Of a DNA stretch of 60,153 nt, positions 20,035 through 29,906 are shown piece after piece. Numbering within the stretch: position 1 is the first letter of the stretch; each line of letters starts with the position of its first letter. The translations under genes and the position numbers were made by a program. The notes below the pieces were generated by a model. That model was not told the DNA's origin. It searched no databases and saw only the letters and a list, made by a program, of their open reading frames with translations. Origin of the DNA: an uncultured Bacilli bacterium (lineage in GTDB: Bacteria > Bacillota_I > Bacilli_A > RF39 > UBA660); assembly GCA_947632345.1 (NCBI GenBank), contig CANROW010000003.1:1-60153 (forward strand), given 5' to 3'.

Positions 20035-20558
20035 TCACCATTCAAGCACTTTCTTCATCTTTTTTTTAGCCATTTCCAAAGCATCAGCTGACGTCATATT
20101 CTGTTCATAGTCCATAGCTTCTTTCAAAAATTCTCTATCTTCAGTTTTTACAGCATAATCAATTGCTCTTTTTTCGTCTTTATCAACGGCAAAAAGATCA
20201 GCTCCTAATAGATATAACAATCTTATTTCATCACCCCAATTTGTTTTACGGCATACATAAGAGCAGTTTTTCCTTCACTATCACAAGCATTTATATCTGC
20301 TCCAACGCGAATTGAAGGAATGAAAAGAGCAAACAAAGCCAAATTACGAATACTTGGCTCATATGGTAACCATGGAGACTCCTTCGTCACATAATCAAAT
20401 AATTGTTGCGTTGAAATATTAATTCTTTCATCAGTAGGTGGGAAAAGACGTCCATACTTTTTTAGACTTCGATTATCCAATTGATAATAGTGCAAAATTT
20501 CCTGTCGGTTAGCGTTTAACTCCTCAACACTCATATCCATTATATTTAGATTTGCCAC
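20035..20558 (-). pseudogene. Ankyrin repeat gene split by a 1-nt frameshift
   Basis: Adding one A to the A4 run at 20244-20247 joins GKTALMYAVK to TNWGDEIRLLYLLGADLFAVDKDEKRAIDYAVKT as one ORF. Confidence 0.75.
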
Positions 20559-20573
20559 AACTAGATTACCTCC

Positions 20574-22355
20574 TTAACTTTCATAGTGTTTTGTTTTCTG
20601 TTTTCCCTTATCCATAATTCGTTTAGCGGCTTCCCTAACTTTATCCAAATCCGTACACTGAATATTGGATACTGTTTCCAAAACATCACAACTATCGTTA
20701 CCATAAATTACAACACTATAAACATCGGAATCGACACTATCACAATCAATTTTATTTTGATCGTTCGCCAAAGATAATTGATCATCATTATAAACTAGCC
20801 AGTTAATAGAATAAGAGTACGTCTTCTTTCCCTTACCTACTTGATCATAAACTTGTCCCATAAAGGAGATAAAATTTTTGATATCCACTAAATAAGTAGA
20901 AGGCATTACTACTTGTGATGACATAAAGCGATAACGCGATTTTCCATCATTATCTATATCATTAATAACTATTAATTTCAAATCGTCATCATCTTTTAAT
21001 AAAACGCCATTTTCATAAATCTTTACATCTAAATCAGCGGCATATTTTATTAAATTATTAATTAACGCATCATGTGGTAAATCAGAAAAATATATTTCCC
21101 CCATATCAGTCCATTCACTATTAGCGGAACCAAAAATATCGTATCCCCGTTTGACATAGCAGGTTTCATCACCAAAGTTTCTAACGAGATTTGGTATTGA
21201 TGGTGTTAGAACTAACTGACCATTTTGTAATTTGATTTTTTTAATTTCTTCATCTATTTCAGCTTTTTTCTTCTTTTCCATTTCTTCAAATGTCTTGGTA
21301 TATTCAGTAATTAAATCTTCCATCATTTGGGTTTTATCTTTTAATTCGTTATATTGGTCAACAAATATGGATTCAGCCATTATTTGTTTTAAATCCATAG
21401 TAGTATCAATTTGTGTATCAGATTGCATTTCCTCAATCAATTTCTTTAAACCTTTATCTTTAGATTTTTTGATGCTGGATTCAAAGCTCTTAACATCATC
21501 TTCGATTTTTAACATATCTTCAATAATGTTGGTATAGACGTCCTTTTTACAAAATCCTCCCATCTGAATTAAAAGATAGGCATCCATAATAGCTTGTTTA
21601 CACTCGGAACAAGAAGGGAGTTTGGTATACAAGTCACGATGATCATATATTTCTTGATAGATTAAAGTAACTAAATTTAATAACCCGCCATCGAGATTAT
21701 TATCATCAGTAAATTTTTGAAGAATAGAAAACATTCGACTAGGTTCCATATAGTCAAGTCTAATAATTTTATTTCTTCGCATCATCGGTTCTGACAAATC
21801 TACCCGCATATCATTTTTACATAAAAACACTTGAAGTTTACCAAAATTTTCAGGATTTATTTTGACATCACCATGTTGAATAGTGTTAACTATTCCTTCT
21901 TGTAAAAAGTTATTGAAAAAAGTATCTGTTGAATCACGAGCTTTATCGTACTCATCCATTTTTACGATGACGTAATGCCCCTGATTAACTATATTAATGG
22001 CTTTTAAAATCGTTCCTGGAAGTCTTATCTTCGATGTGTCATTCTCAAACGTTGCGACGACGTCAACATCTTCATATAAATCGCTCTTACCTGTTTCGGC
22101 ATCCAATTGATAGTTTATGAAATCAATTTTTTCGCCGAGCAATTCAGAAGCTACTTTGGTATATGCTTCAACAAAACTTGTTTTTCCGGCACCACTAGGT
22201 CCATCTAAACAAAGCGAAAATACTTCTTGTCCAAATGACTGTTTATTTAGTAAATAATACAAACCTAAATAGGCTTTCGACAATATATAATCTTCCAAAA
22301 AGTAATTGTTTTTTTCAAATAATTTTTTTAGTTCTTCTTTTGTAATCTTCATCAT
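20574..22355 (-). CDS. MoxR/dynein-related AAA+ ATPase with coiled coil and C-terminal extension
   Basis: Walker A LDGPSGAGKT, Walker B IVKMDEYDK, FLQEG, LSEPMMRR arginine-finger region. Confidence 0.8.
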   Translation of the reverse strand: MMKITKEELKKLFEKNNYFLEDYILSKAYLGLYYLLNKQSFGQEVFSLCLDGPSGAGKTSFVEAYTKVASELLGEKIDFINYQLDAETGKSDLYEDVDVVATFENDTSKIRLPGTILKAINIVNQGHYVIVKMDEYDKARDSTDTFFNNFLQEGIVNTIQHGDVKINPENFGKLQVFLCKNDMRVDLSEPMMRRNKIIRLDYMEPSRMFSILQKFTDDNNLDGGLLNLVTLIYQEIYDHRDLYTKLPSCSECKQAIMDAYLLIQMGGFCKKDVYTNIIEDMLKIEDDVKSFESSIKKSKDKGLKKLIEEMQSDTQIDTTMDLKQIMAESIFVDQYNELKDKTQMMEDLITEYTKTFEEMEKKKKAEIDEEIKKIKLQNGQLVLTPSIPNLVRNFGDETCYVKRGYDIFGSANSEWTDMGEIYFSDLPHDALINNLIKYAADLDVKIYENGVLLKDDDDLKLIVINDIDNDGKSRYRFMSSQVVMPSTYLVDIKNFISFMGQVYDQVGKGKKTYSYSINWLVYNDDQLSLANDQNKIDCDSVDSDVYSVVIYGNDSCDVLETVSNIQCTDLDKVREAAKRIMDKGKQKTKHYES

Positions 22356-22358
22356 TTA

Positions 22359-24479
22359 CTACATCTCCTTTACTTTAACTTTATTACCATTATCGACATA
22401 ACACAAAGTCTCAAATCTCTTTTCATTTACTTTGATTAGTCCATCTAATATATCATTAGCGTTGTGAACAGGATAAATAAATCCATTAAAATTATCAAGA
22501 TCATATCGACCATAGCTATGTTCAAAACAGAACCAATAAACTTGCGTTTTTTTGGAGAGATTAATCACTTCATAGCGAGGATCAAAATCGGAAAAGACAA
22601 CACACTTTTCAGCTTTTTTATCAATTAAATAATTATCAATATTGCGATTAATAAGTTTATATTTGATATGACAAATATCTGATCTTTGAAGAAAAGAATC
22701 TACAGTTTGACTAAAACCAGCACTTTGTAAAAGAAGAGCCAAATCTTTAACTTCGATATTCTTATCCGCACTTTCAAATTGTACATTTACGCGTTCATTA
22801 AATCCCACTAATACCTTGACATCTTTTTTCAACAATTCAATAGCAATGGTCGCCAATAAATTACTATAATTACTCATGCTTCCTGACATATCAAAATAGA
22901 AGGATAATGGCACATTTTCATTTTTTCCATCAGCATAATCATAGCCATATTTATCATTTAATACTTTGGTCAATTGATGAGTTTTAGAGTGAACGATGAC
23001 ATCTTTAATATTCCATTTGTAAAAGCCAGCGCTCTTTTCTAAAGAATTGGTTCGATGATTTAAATCGCTATTTCGCTTACAAAATCTTTGATTTAAAAAT
23101 TTACTGATCAAAGTCCGAAAAATACTTTCAGGTAATTCGGTATTACTATTTGCATCAATAGAATAACCAGGACCTCGTTCACGATTTTCAAAAGAAGGCA
23201 ACTCACCTAAACGATCAAAAAATTCATTGCGCGGTTGATTAGTAGTATACTGTTGTTCTTCTGATGGTTCAAATGGTTCTTTCTCCGGTTGTAGATTTTC
23301 ACGTTGCGGATCACTTTTTTGTTCTGGAGACGCCTCTTTGTCACTCTTCTCACTACTTTCCTGTGGCTTTGGATCACTATCAGGAACTTTGTCCATCTCC
23401 GTAGAATCTTGCGGACTCATCTCTTCTGATGAGATAGTTGAATCAACATTCTCATCTGGTGATGTGCTTTGTTCATCATCTTTAGATTTTGATGAATCAG
23501 CATCACTTTCTTTTTCGTTTGAAGTATCTTTTTCTTCTAAATCAGTACTTTCAGAATTCTTATCCTTTTTCTTTGAAAAAGATGAATTATTATCTGATGT
23601 TGATTTCGAAGAAGTAGTATCATCAACATCTTGAGCTTCTGTCTGCTCACCATTACTACTATCTAACTCTCTATCTAAATCTGTTTTATCAGATTCATCC
23701 ATTTCTATTGTTTCGCCTTCTTCCGACAAATTCAATTCATTGTCACTTGTTGATGAAGCATCAGATTCTTCTAATTCATCAGCATTCATTTGACTACCAC
23801 CATCACCATTGGAATTATCTGATTCGCCATCATCACCAGTAGCGTCATCATCCGGCAAATCACCATCTAGCGGTAAAGAAGAAGATGGTAATTGTTGTTG
23901 AAAAAAGGATTCACTTTCAACATTGGCATCACTTTCCCCTTCTAAATTTTGATTATCATCAATTTCTTCCTCACTCACCATTGCGACAGTAATGTCGGTT
24001 TGATCACCACCACTACTTTCTGAATCTTCTGGCGGATTGGATTGTTCACTTTCTTCTAGTGCTGGGGATGAAGATGGTGAAGAATTTGGTTTTTGATTGC
24101 TTCCACCTAGTTGGTTTGTATTAAACTCAGACTCTTCTTCACCTTTTTCATTAGAAGATTGATTTTCACCCTTACTTTGATTGTCTTCTAAACTATCACT
24201 AGATTTTTGTTGGCCTTGTGAGCCTTCTAAATTATCACTTGGTTCTTGTTGGTCTTGAGAACCTGCACCATCTTTTTGAGATTCATTTTCACTAGTTGAA
24301 GAATCCTTTTCTTTTTGTGGTTGATTGGCTTTTTCAATTTCATTCCTATCATCATCCCCTGCCGATGATTGGTCACTATCATCAACTTGAGGACTTTGCG
24401 ATTGCTCAGAATTATCTTTTTTTGAATCTTCACCATTATCGCTTTCTAACATATCTTTGATAAACTTCCAAAATTTCAC
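22359..24479 (-). CDS. VWA (MIDAS) domain protein with a long acidic low-complexity N-terminus
   Basis: FYFDMSGSMS (DxSxS), VLVGFN, VVFSDFD; about 400 aa rich in S/D/E/Q. Start placed at GTG 24479, downstream of a GGGGG RBS and a consensus promoter. Confidence 0.75.
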   Translation of the reverse strand: MKFWKFIKDMLESDNGEDSKKDNSEQSQSPQVDDSDQSSAGDDDRNEIEKANQPQKEKDSSTSENESQKDGAGSQDQQEPSDNLEGSQGQQKSSDSLEDNQSKGENQSSNEKGEEESEFNTNQLGGSNQKPNSSPSSSPALEESEQSNPPEDSESSGGDQTDITVAMVSEEEIDDNQNLEGESDANVESESFFQQQLPSSSLPLDGDLPDDDATGDDGESDNSNGDGGSQMNADELEESDASSTSDNELNLSEEGETIEMDESDKTDLDRELDSSNGEQTEAQDVDDTTSSKSTSDNNSSFSKKKDKNSESTDLEEKDTSNEKESDADSSKSKDDEQSTSPDENVDSTISSEEMSPQDSTEMDKVPDSDPKPQESSEKSDKEASPEQKSDPQRENLQPEKEPFEPSEEQQYTTNQPRNEFFDRLGELPSFENRERGPGYSIDANSNTELPESIFRTLISKFLNQRFCKRNSDLNHRTNSLEKSAGFYKWNIKDVIVHSKTHQLTKVLNDKYGYDYADGKNENVPLSFYFDMSGSMSNYSNLLATIAIELLKKDVKVLVGFNERVNVQFESADKNIEVKDLALLLQSAGFSQTVDSFLQRSDICHIKYKLINRNIDNYLIDKKAEKCVVFSDFDPRYEVINLSKKTQVYWFCFEHSYGRYDLDNFNGFIYPVHNANDILDGLIKVNEKRFETLCYVDNGNKVKVKEM

Positions 24480-24504
24480 AAACATCCCCCACTTATGGCT
24501 TTTT

Positions 24505-24533
24505 ATTATATTTTCTTCAAGCAATTTAGTCAA
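24505..24533 (-). promoter_or_regulatory. SigA-type promoter for the VWA-AAA-ankyrin operon
   Basis: TTGACT-17 nt-TATAAT on the minus strand. Confidence 0.7.
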
Positions 24534-24552
24534 CAATTTTTACCGGTTTTCC

Positions 24553-24581
24553 TTGAATTTTCAAGGCAAACAGATTATAAT
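24553..24581 (+). promoter_or_regulatory. SigA-type promoter for the LRR genes
   Basis: TTGAAT-17 nt-TATAAT; the -35 lies within the palindrome CCTTGAA-TT-TTCAAGG (24551-24566). Confidence 0.65.
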
Positions 24582-24610
24582 ATAGAGCTAATTAAAAAAG
24601 GGGGAATATT

Positions 24611-27600
24611 ATGAAAGTCATAGATGGCATATTACAAGAAGTTTGTAATGAAGATTTAAATGATGGACACTTTGACATCCCCAATGGGATCGTTAAGATT
24701 CGTCAAAGTGCTTTTAGTAATTGTTCAAAGTTAAAATCGGTATTTTTTCCACAATCTGTCATTGAAATTGGCAATCGAGCTTTCAAAAATTGTCGTGCTT
24801 TAGAAACTGTCATTATGAGTCCTAATGTTAGAAAAATTGGTCGCCAAGCGTTTTGTAATTGCTTTAATCTGTCAAAACTTGATTTGCCTTCTAACCTCGA
24901 AGAATTGCATGATGAAGCTTTTAAGAATTGTCAAAGCATCAAAAAAATTAACATTCCTCCCCTTTTAACCAAACTTCCTAATAACGCTTTTTTAAATATG
25001 CGTTCTTTAGAAGATATTACTGTATCTCCCGACAATAAAGCTTTTTCAACATTTGAACATAAAATTCTCATTGACAATCACCTTCAAGCGTTAATCTTGT
25101 ATGCAGCAGGTTGTCCAGACAAAACATTTTCTTTAAAGGACTATTGTGTTAGCAACGATAATGGTTCAGAATCAGAAATTATAAATTATATGACTTCCGT
25201 TATAAGTTTTATAACTTCAATAGGAAGTTATGCTTTTGCTGGAGCTAAAAATCTTGAAGAATTGACTATATGTTCTTGTACTGATCAAATTAGTGCAAAT
25301 GCTTTTAAGGATTGCGACAATTTAAAAACTCTCAATGTTGAAGGGATTCCTTTTTCTAGCTCACAATTTCTCTTTATTAATTTAGAAAATAGAGCTAATG
25401 CCAAAGAACTAGATATACCACCATTTCCTTTTGAGACAATCAATTTTAAAGGGGATTTTGTTAGAATTGGCTTTGAAGCATATTCCTTTTTGCCAGTTAA
25501 TGGTTATCAATCAAGTTTTAGAAATGTAAAAAACGTAACATTGCCTACAAATGGTAGTTACCTAATCGACCGTCAAGCTTTTTCCAATTCTTGTCCAAAT
25601 TTAGAAAAAGTCTTCATCCCAGCAGCTGTCTCACGAATAATAGATAATGCTTTTCCAAGCACAACCGAATTAATATTTGAAAATGGTTTACATTTTAAGA
25701 ATTTACATAATATGGAACGTGATGTAGATTTTCTTGGCGAATACGAACTATACGCTTTAAATGATGAAGATGGGACATACTTCATAAAACATGGCGATAA
25801 CGTCATGACAATTACCAAAAAACAAATTCAAAACATATGTTCCCATCCCAAAGAAATTTTATCAAATCCCATCTTATTTATAACCTATATGAATGATTTA
25901 CTGGAACATGACTTAGTCATCAAACCACTACTAAATGGCATCTTGATGACGAGTATGGGTGAAAAAACAAAAAGAATTTTATTTGCCAACTTAAAAAAAG
26001 ATGACGCTTTCTTTATCAACGTCTTAGAAAACAGCAAATTGTTAGACGAATTGGACGAAGATACCAAAGACCTATTATCGTGGGACAATCACTTCAATAA
26101 AGTAATCGACTATATCAATGTTTTACGAAAATATAACATAACTGATCCCATCTTACACCATAAAATTCTCATGAATAAATATCCGGTTGAAAAATTGGAA
26201 CAATTAATTAAATTGGATCTACCACTACTCGAAAAAATATTAACGGAAAGTCATTTTTTTGATAGTGATCTTTCTAATATGCCTAAACCAGTTCTCACTT
26301 TGACAAATGCTATTTTAGCTAATGATAATTTGACGACTTTTTTCAATCTAATCAAAAAGTATGACATAAAAGATAAGTATCTCTATAACAAACACTTTAT
26401 AGGTATAGCTGATAATCCCCTCTTTGCCCAAATGCTCAAAGTATATGACGCCAATACGAAAAGAGTTTTAAAAATGAGTCAAGCAATTAATGATCATTCA
26501 ACTGATTTAGAAAATTTAGCTAATTTACTCATCCTTATGAAAATAACGGGGGCTTTAGAAGAAGATGCAATTACCAGGCAAAGAGCTAGTACTTTTATTT
26601 GTGAAAAAATTTTTGATGAGTATTTGCCAACAGGTGAAAAAAATGCGCATTGCATAGTCGGTGACGATCTCCATCGCATCTTTAATTTTAAAGATGTTTG
26701 TAATGAATTTGATGAAGGATATGCGAAATTCTTCCTCGAAAATTATGCCCAATTATATGAAGAAGAGAAAAATAGATCAGGATTTATTGAAAGAACCTAT
26801 GCTAACTTTAAAATACTTTGTAAAACTAATACTTCTCATAAAGGTGAACAAAGACCATTAAAAGTGACAATTGATAAATGTCGCAATTACTTTAATGAGA
26901 TAAAATTTGATGGTGTCACTGAGGATTTAATAGAATTAGCCGCAAAACTTGGTAAATGGTTTGATAAAAATGAAGATTTTATCAAAGCTAAAGGAGTTTA
27001 TTATGAATCCTTTGAAGCTCCAAGGAATATCTTTACCTCTAGCTATATAGATGATGTTGGTAAAGTTATTTATGACAATTCCCCAACTAATGATTTGCGT
27101 GAAGAGATAAGTCCGGACTTTTCTTATGAGTGGCTTCCAAAGCAAGATGCTGACAACTTAATTTTGGGAAAATATTGTAATTGTTGTGCTCACGTGGCAG
27201 GAGCTGGTTCTGGTATTATGCGAGCTAGTATGATCAGTCCGGATTGTCAAAACTTAATCATTCGTGATGGCCACGGTCAAATCGTTGCGAAAGCTACTAT
27301 TGCTGTTAATCGTGAACAAGGTTATGCCGTCTTTAACACGATAGAATCATCCCTAAGTGTTCGTTATAGTAGTATTTTAACCAAAATAACCAAGGCCTTT
27401 TTACGAGGAACGAAAGCTTTCTTTGATTCTTATAACACAAATAATCCTGACCAACCATTAAAAGAAATAACTGTTGGCAGTAAGAGAAACACCATTTTTG
27501 ATTTTCTCGATGATGAAAAATATCCAACCGTTCCAGTTCATCAGTCTTTGAAATATGGCGATTATGCCATTACAAACTTCGGTTATGATGGTGATTGGTC

Positions 27601-27637
27601 CGTTAGTCAAAAATTATTAATTAAAAGTAGGAGGTGA
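24611..27637 (+). CDS. BspA-type leucine-rich repeat (LRR_5) protein with conserved Cys-rich C-terminal domain
   Basis: Repeated I...AF.NC..L..V..P..V..I units; C-terminal YEWLPKQ..DNLILGKYCNCCAHVAG; no signal peptide. Confidence 0.85.
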   Translation: MKVIDGILQEVCNEDLNDGHFDIPNGIVKIRQSAFSNCSKLKSVFFPQSVIEIGNRAFKNCRALETVIMSPNVRKIGRQAFCNCFNLSKLDLPSNLEELHDEAFKNCQSIKKINIPPLLTKLPNNAFLNMRSLEDITVSPDNKAFSTFEHKILIDNHLQALILYAAGCPDKTFSLKDYCVSNDNGSESEIINYMTSVISFITSIGSYAFAGAKNLEELTICSCTDQISANAFKDCDNLKTLNVEGIPFSSSQFLFINLENRANAKELDIPPFPFETINFKGDFVRIGFEAYSFLPVNGYQSSFRNVKNVTLPTNGSYLIDRQAFSNSCPNLEKVFIPAAVSRIIDNAFPSTTELIFENGLHFKNLHNMERDVDFLGEYELYALNDEDGTYFIKHGDNVMTITKKQIQNICSHPKEILSNPILFITYMNDLLEHDLVIKPLLNGILMTSMGEKTKRILFANLKKDDAFFINVLENSKLLDELDEDTKDLLSWDNHFNKVIDYINVLRKYNITDPILHHKILMNKYPVEKLEQLIKLDLPLLEKILTESHFFDSDLSNMPKPVLTLTNAILANDNLTTFFNLIKKYDIKDKYLYNKHFIGIADNPLFAQMLKVYDANTKRVLKMSQAINDHSTDLENLANLLILMKITGALEEDAITRQRASTFICEKIFDEYLPTGEKNAHCIVGDDLHRIFNFKDVCNEFDEGYAKFFLENYAQLYEEEKNRSGFIERTYANFKILCKTNTSHKGEQRPLKVTIDKCRNYFNEIKFDGVTEDLIELAAKLGKWFDKNEDFIKAKGVYYESFEAPRNIFTSSYIDDVGKVIYDNSPTNDLREEISPDFSYEWLPKQDADNLILGKYCNCCAHVAGAGSGIMRASMISPDCQNLIIRDGHGQIVAKATIAVNREQGYAVFNTIESSLSVRYSSILTKITKAFLRGTKAFFDSYNTNNPDQPLKEITVGSKRNTIFDFLDDEKYPTVPVHQSLKYGDYAITNFGYDGDWSVSQKLLIKSRR

Positions 27638-27641
27638 AAAA

Positions 27642-29906
27642 ATGGAATATGATAAAAATAGTAAAGTTATTGTCATACCGGAAGGAACAGTAGCAATTCC
27701 TGAGCAAGCTTTTAAAGATTTTACTAATCTTGAAGAAGTTATTTTACCAGATTCAGTTGAATCGATAGGCGTTAGTGCTTTTGAGGGATGTACTTCCTTA
27801 AAGAAAATCAATTTACCAGAAAACTTACAAGCGATTTATCCGCATGCTTTTTGGCATACAGATAAACTTGAGACCATCTCTCTTCCCAAACATATATTTT
27901 ATATTGGTAACGAGGCTTTTTCAGATCCTACTACTATTCTCTTTGACGAATTAGAACCCATTGCTGCTTCCAATCTAGTGTTTTTAGGTTTTGGTGATCG
28001 TTGCGGATATCTACTTTTAAAAGATGGACGATACTTTGGTACTATGCGACTATCAGGCTATGGATATCTTCCAGTCCAACCTGAACAAATACAAGAGATA
28101 ACTAATCACGATTATTACATAAATGTTGTTGGAAAAAAGAAGTTTATATTTGATGAAATAGATGGTGAAATTATTGTTAAACAAATTGATGTCGAAGACA
28201 ATAATGAGACTTGGGTAATTGACACGGGCTGGAATACCAATATTTTAGGAAATAACTATGATTTACAGCCATATCAAGATTTCTTCTTCAAATCCCCAGC
28301 TATTATTTATCTTCTATATGAAGAAATGAAAAAACAAGCTCTAAATCTTTTAGAACAGTATAATATAAAAGATAGTATTTTAAATAAAATTGTTGAAGAA
28401 AACCATGTAGATAACACCAATCCCCTTTGTAAAGATACAATAGAGTTTCTAGCTCGTAATATTAGTCCAACCCTCGAACAATTCATTAAGCATAATTATC
28501 AAAACAAATGTTTATACCTACCCTTTTGGTTTAAAAATAATGACTATCTGCTTGATTATTGTCAATTATTAGATCAATATCACCGCCAAGATGGAGCTTT
28601 GTTAAAATCCCACTTTGCTATGTCACTTCCTACTACATATCAAATAAAATTATTAAAGTATTGGAATCCCCATATTAAAAGAGTTCTTCAAGCTTTTGAT
28701 TTGGATAAAATACCAATTGCGATGTATGAAAGCATCATAGACAAGCCTTATTTTGAAAATATTAATAAGTGGGGATCTGAGCTAGATGCACGATTAATTC
28801 CCGTATTCAATCTATTAGAAACAATGGGAGCCTTTACTTTTGATAAAAAACAGAGTCAACAGAGTTGCAACTTTATTGTTGAAAATTTAATTGATAAAGA
28901 TATATCATGTTTTACTTATATTGAACCACGAGAGGAATATGATCGAGAATTTAGTGAATTTTTTAAAAAGAATTACCAAGAATTATTTACGATTGAAAGT
29001 AATACTAAACATTTTATTGAGAGTATCTATAATCAATTTCGCTTCATATCAAAAACCAGTTCTTCAAATAGGGGTAGTCAGCATCATTTAAAAGTTACTC
29101 TTGATAAATGTAAGAGTTTCTTCTTGATGAATGATTTTGGAAAAGTAGCTGATACTGATCGCGTTTTAGCCGAATATCTCGGTAAATACTATTCTGACAT
29201 CGACGTTTTAAAAGCTGCTAAATTGATTATCCAAGAAGCACAAATGGCACCACGAAATATTTTTACCAACGATAATAATCCTCAAAACGACATCAATGGG
29301 TTATCCGAAAGCGGTCTATATTATGAGTGGTTACCAAAGCAGTCTCTTGACAATTTAATTCTCGGTAAGCTATGTAATTGTTGTGCTCACGTCGCTGGTA
29401 ATGGAGCTGGTGTTATGCGAGCTAGTATGATTTTAAATAATTGTCAAAATCTAGTCATTCGCGATGAAAACAAAAATATCATTGCTAAGGCCACTCTGCA
29501 CGTCGACAAAGAAAAAGGCTATGGCGTTTTCAACGTTCTTGAAATATCTAACGAATATTTTCCTGTTAATACAAGTGAAATTGATGATGAACAAGATGCC
29601 TATTTCACTAATTATTGCGATGAAAAATTGGAAAGAATATACACAACTTTTATGGATGGATGTCACCGGTTTATTGAACAATATAATATTAATAATCCTC
29701 ATAAACCTATTACTACTTTAACCATTGGTACGAGAAAAAATCTCTTAAATGGTGAGTTTGAAAAACACGGTAATACGGATACTACTCCACTACCATCACT
29801 CGATTACTCTATGTTTGCTTTCTATAATCAAAATGAAATTATTGGTAATTGGCACAATGATCACGATAAAGGACAAAAACTTCTATATAAAAAGGAAAAA
29901 GCCTAA
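27642..29906 (+). CDS. BspA-type LRR protein, paralog with fewer repeats and the same C-terminal domain
   Basis: IPEQAFKDFTNLEEVILPDSVESIGVSAFEGCTSL; YEWLPKQSLDNLILGKLCNCCAHVAG; AGGAGGTG RBS. Confidence 0.85.
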   Translation: MEYDKNSKVIVIPEGTVAIPEQAFKDFTNLEEVILPDSVESIGVSAFEGCTSLKKINLPENLQAIYPHAFWHTDKLETISLPKHIFYIGNEAFSDPTTILFDELEPIAASNLVFLGFGDRCGYLLLKDGRYFGTMRLSGYGYLPVQPEQIQEITNHDYYINVVGKKKFIFDEIDGEIIVKQIDVEDNNETWVIDTGWNTNILGNNYDLQPYQDFFFKSPAIIYLLYEEMKKQALNLLEQYNIKDSILNKIVEENHVDNTNPLCKDTIEFLARNISPTLEQFIKHNYQNKCLYLPFWFKNNDYLLDYCQLLDQYHRQDGALLKSHFAMSLPTTYQIKLLKYWNPHIKRVLQAFDLDKIPIAMYESIIDKPYFENINKWGSELDARLIPVFNLLETMGAFTFDKKQSQQSCNFIVENLIDKDISCFTYIEPREEYDREFSEFFKKNYQELFTIESNTKHFIESIYNQFRFISKTSSSNRGSQHHLKVTLDKCKSFFLMNDFGKVADTDRVLAEYLGKYYSDIDVLKAAKLIIQEAQMAPRNIFTNDNNPQNDINGLSESGLYYEWLPKQSLDNLILGKLCNCCAHVAGNGAGVMRASMILNNCQNLVIRDENKNIIAKATLHVDKEKGYGVFNVLEISNEYFPVNTSEIDDEQDAYFTNYCDEKLERIYTTFMDGCHRFIEQYNINNPHKPITTLTIGTRKNLLNGEFEKHGNTDTTPLPSLDYSMFAFYNQNEIIGNWHNDHDKGQKLLYKKEKA

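Noticed and set aside
15382-20060. Repeated DNA considered as a CRISPR array or a DGR template/variable repeat pair
   Set aside because: The repeats are whole-gene duplications of 700-850 bp, the differences are not adenine-specific, and there is no cas or reverse transcriptase gene
20574-22355. AAA+ protein as McrB or a Lon/Clp-type ATPase
   Set aside because: No McrB NxxD GTPase context or McrC partner and no protease domain; the adjacent VWA gene favours a MoxR-like assignment
23200-24460. Low-complexity tract considered as a tandem DNA repeat or an antisense gene (23338-23634)
   Set aside because: No exact periodic unit is visible; it is explained by the S/D/E-rich coding of the VWA protein
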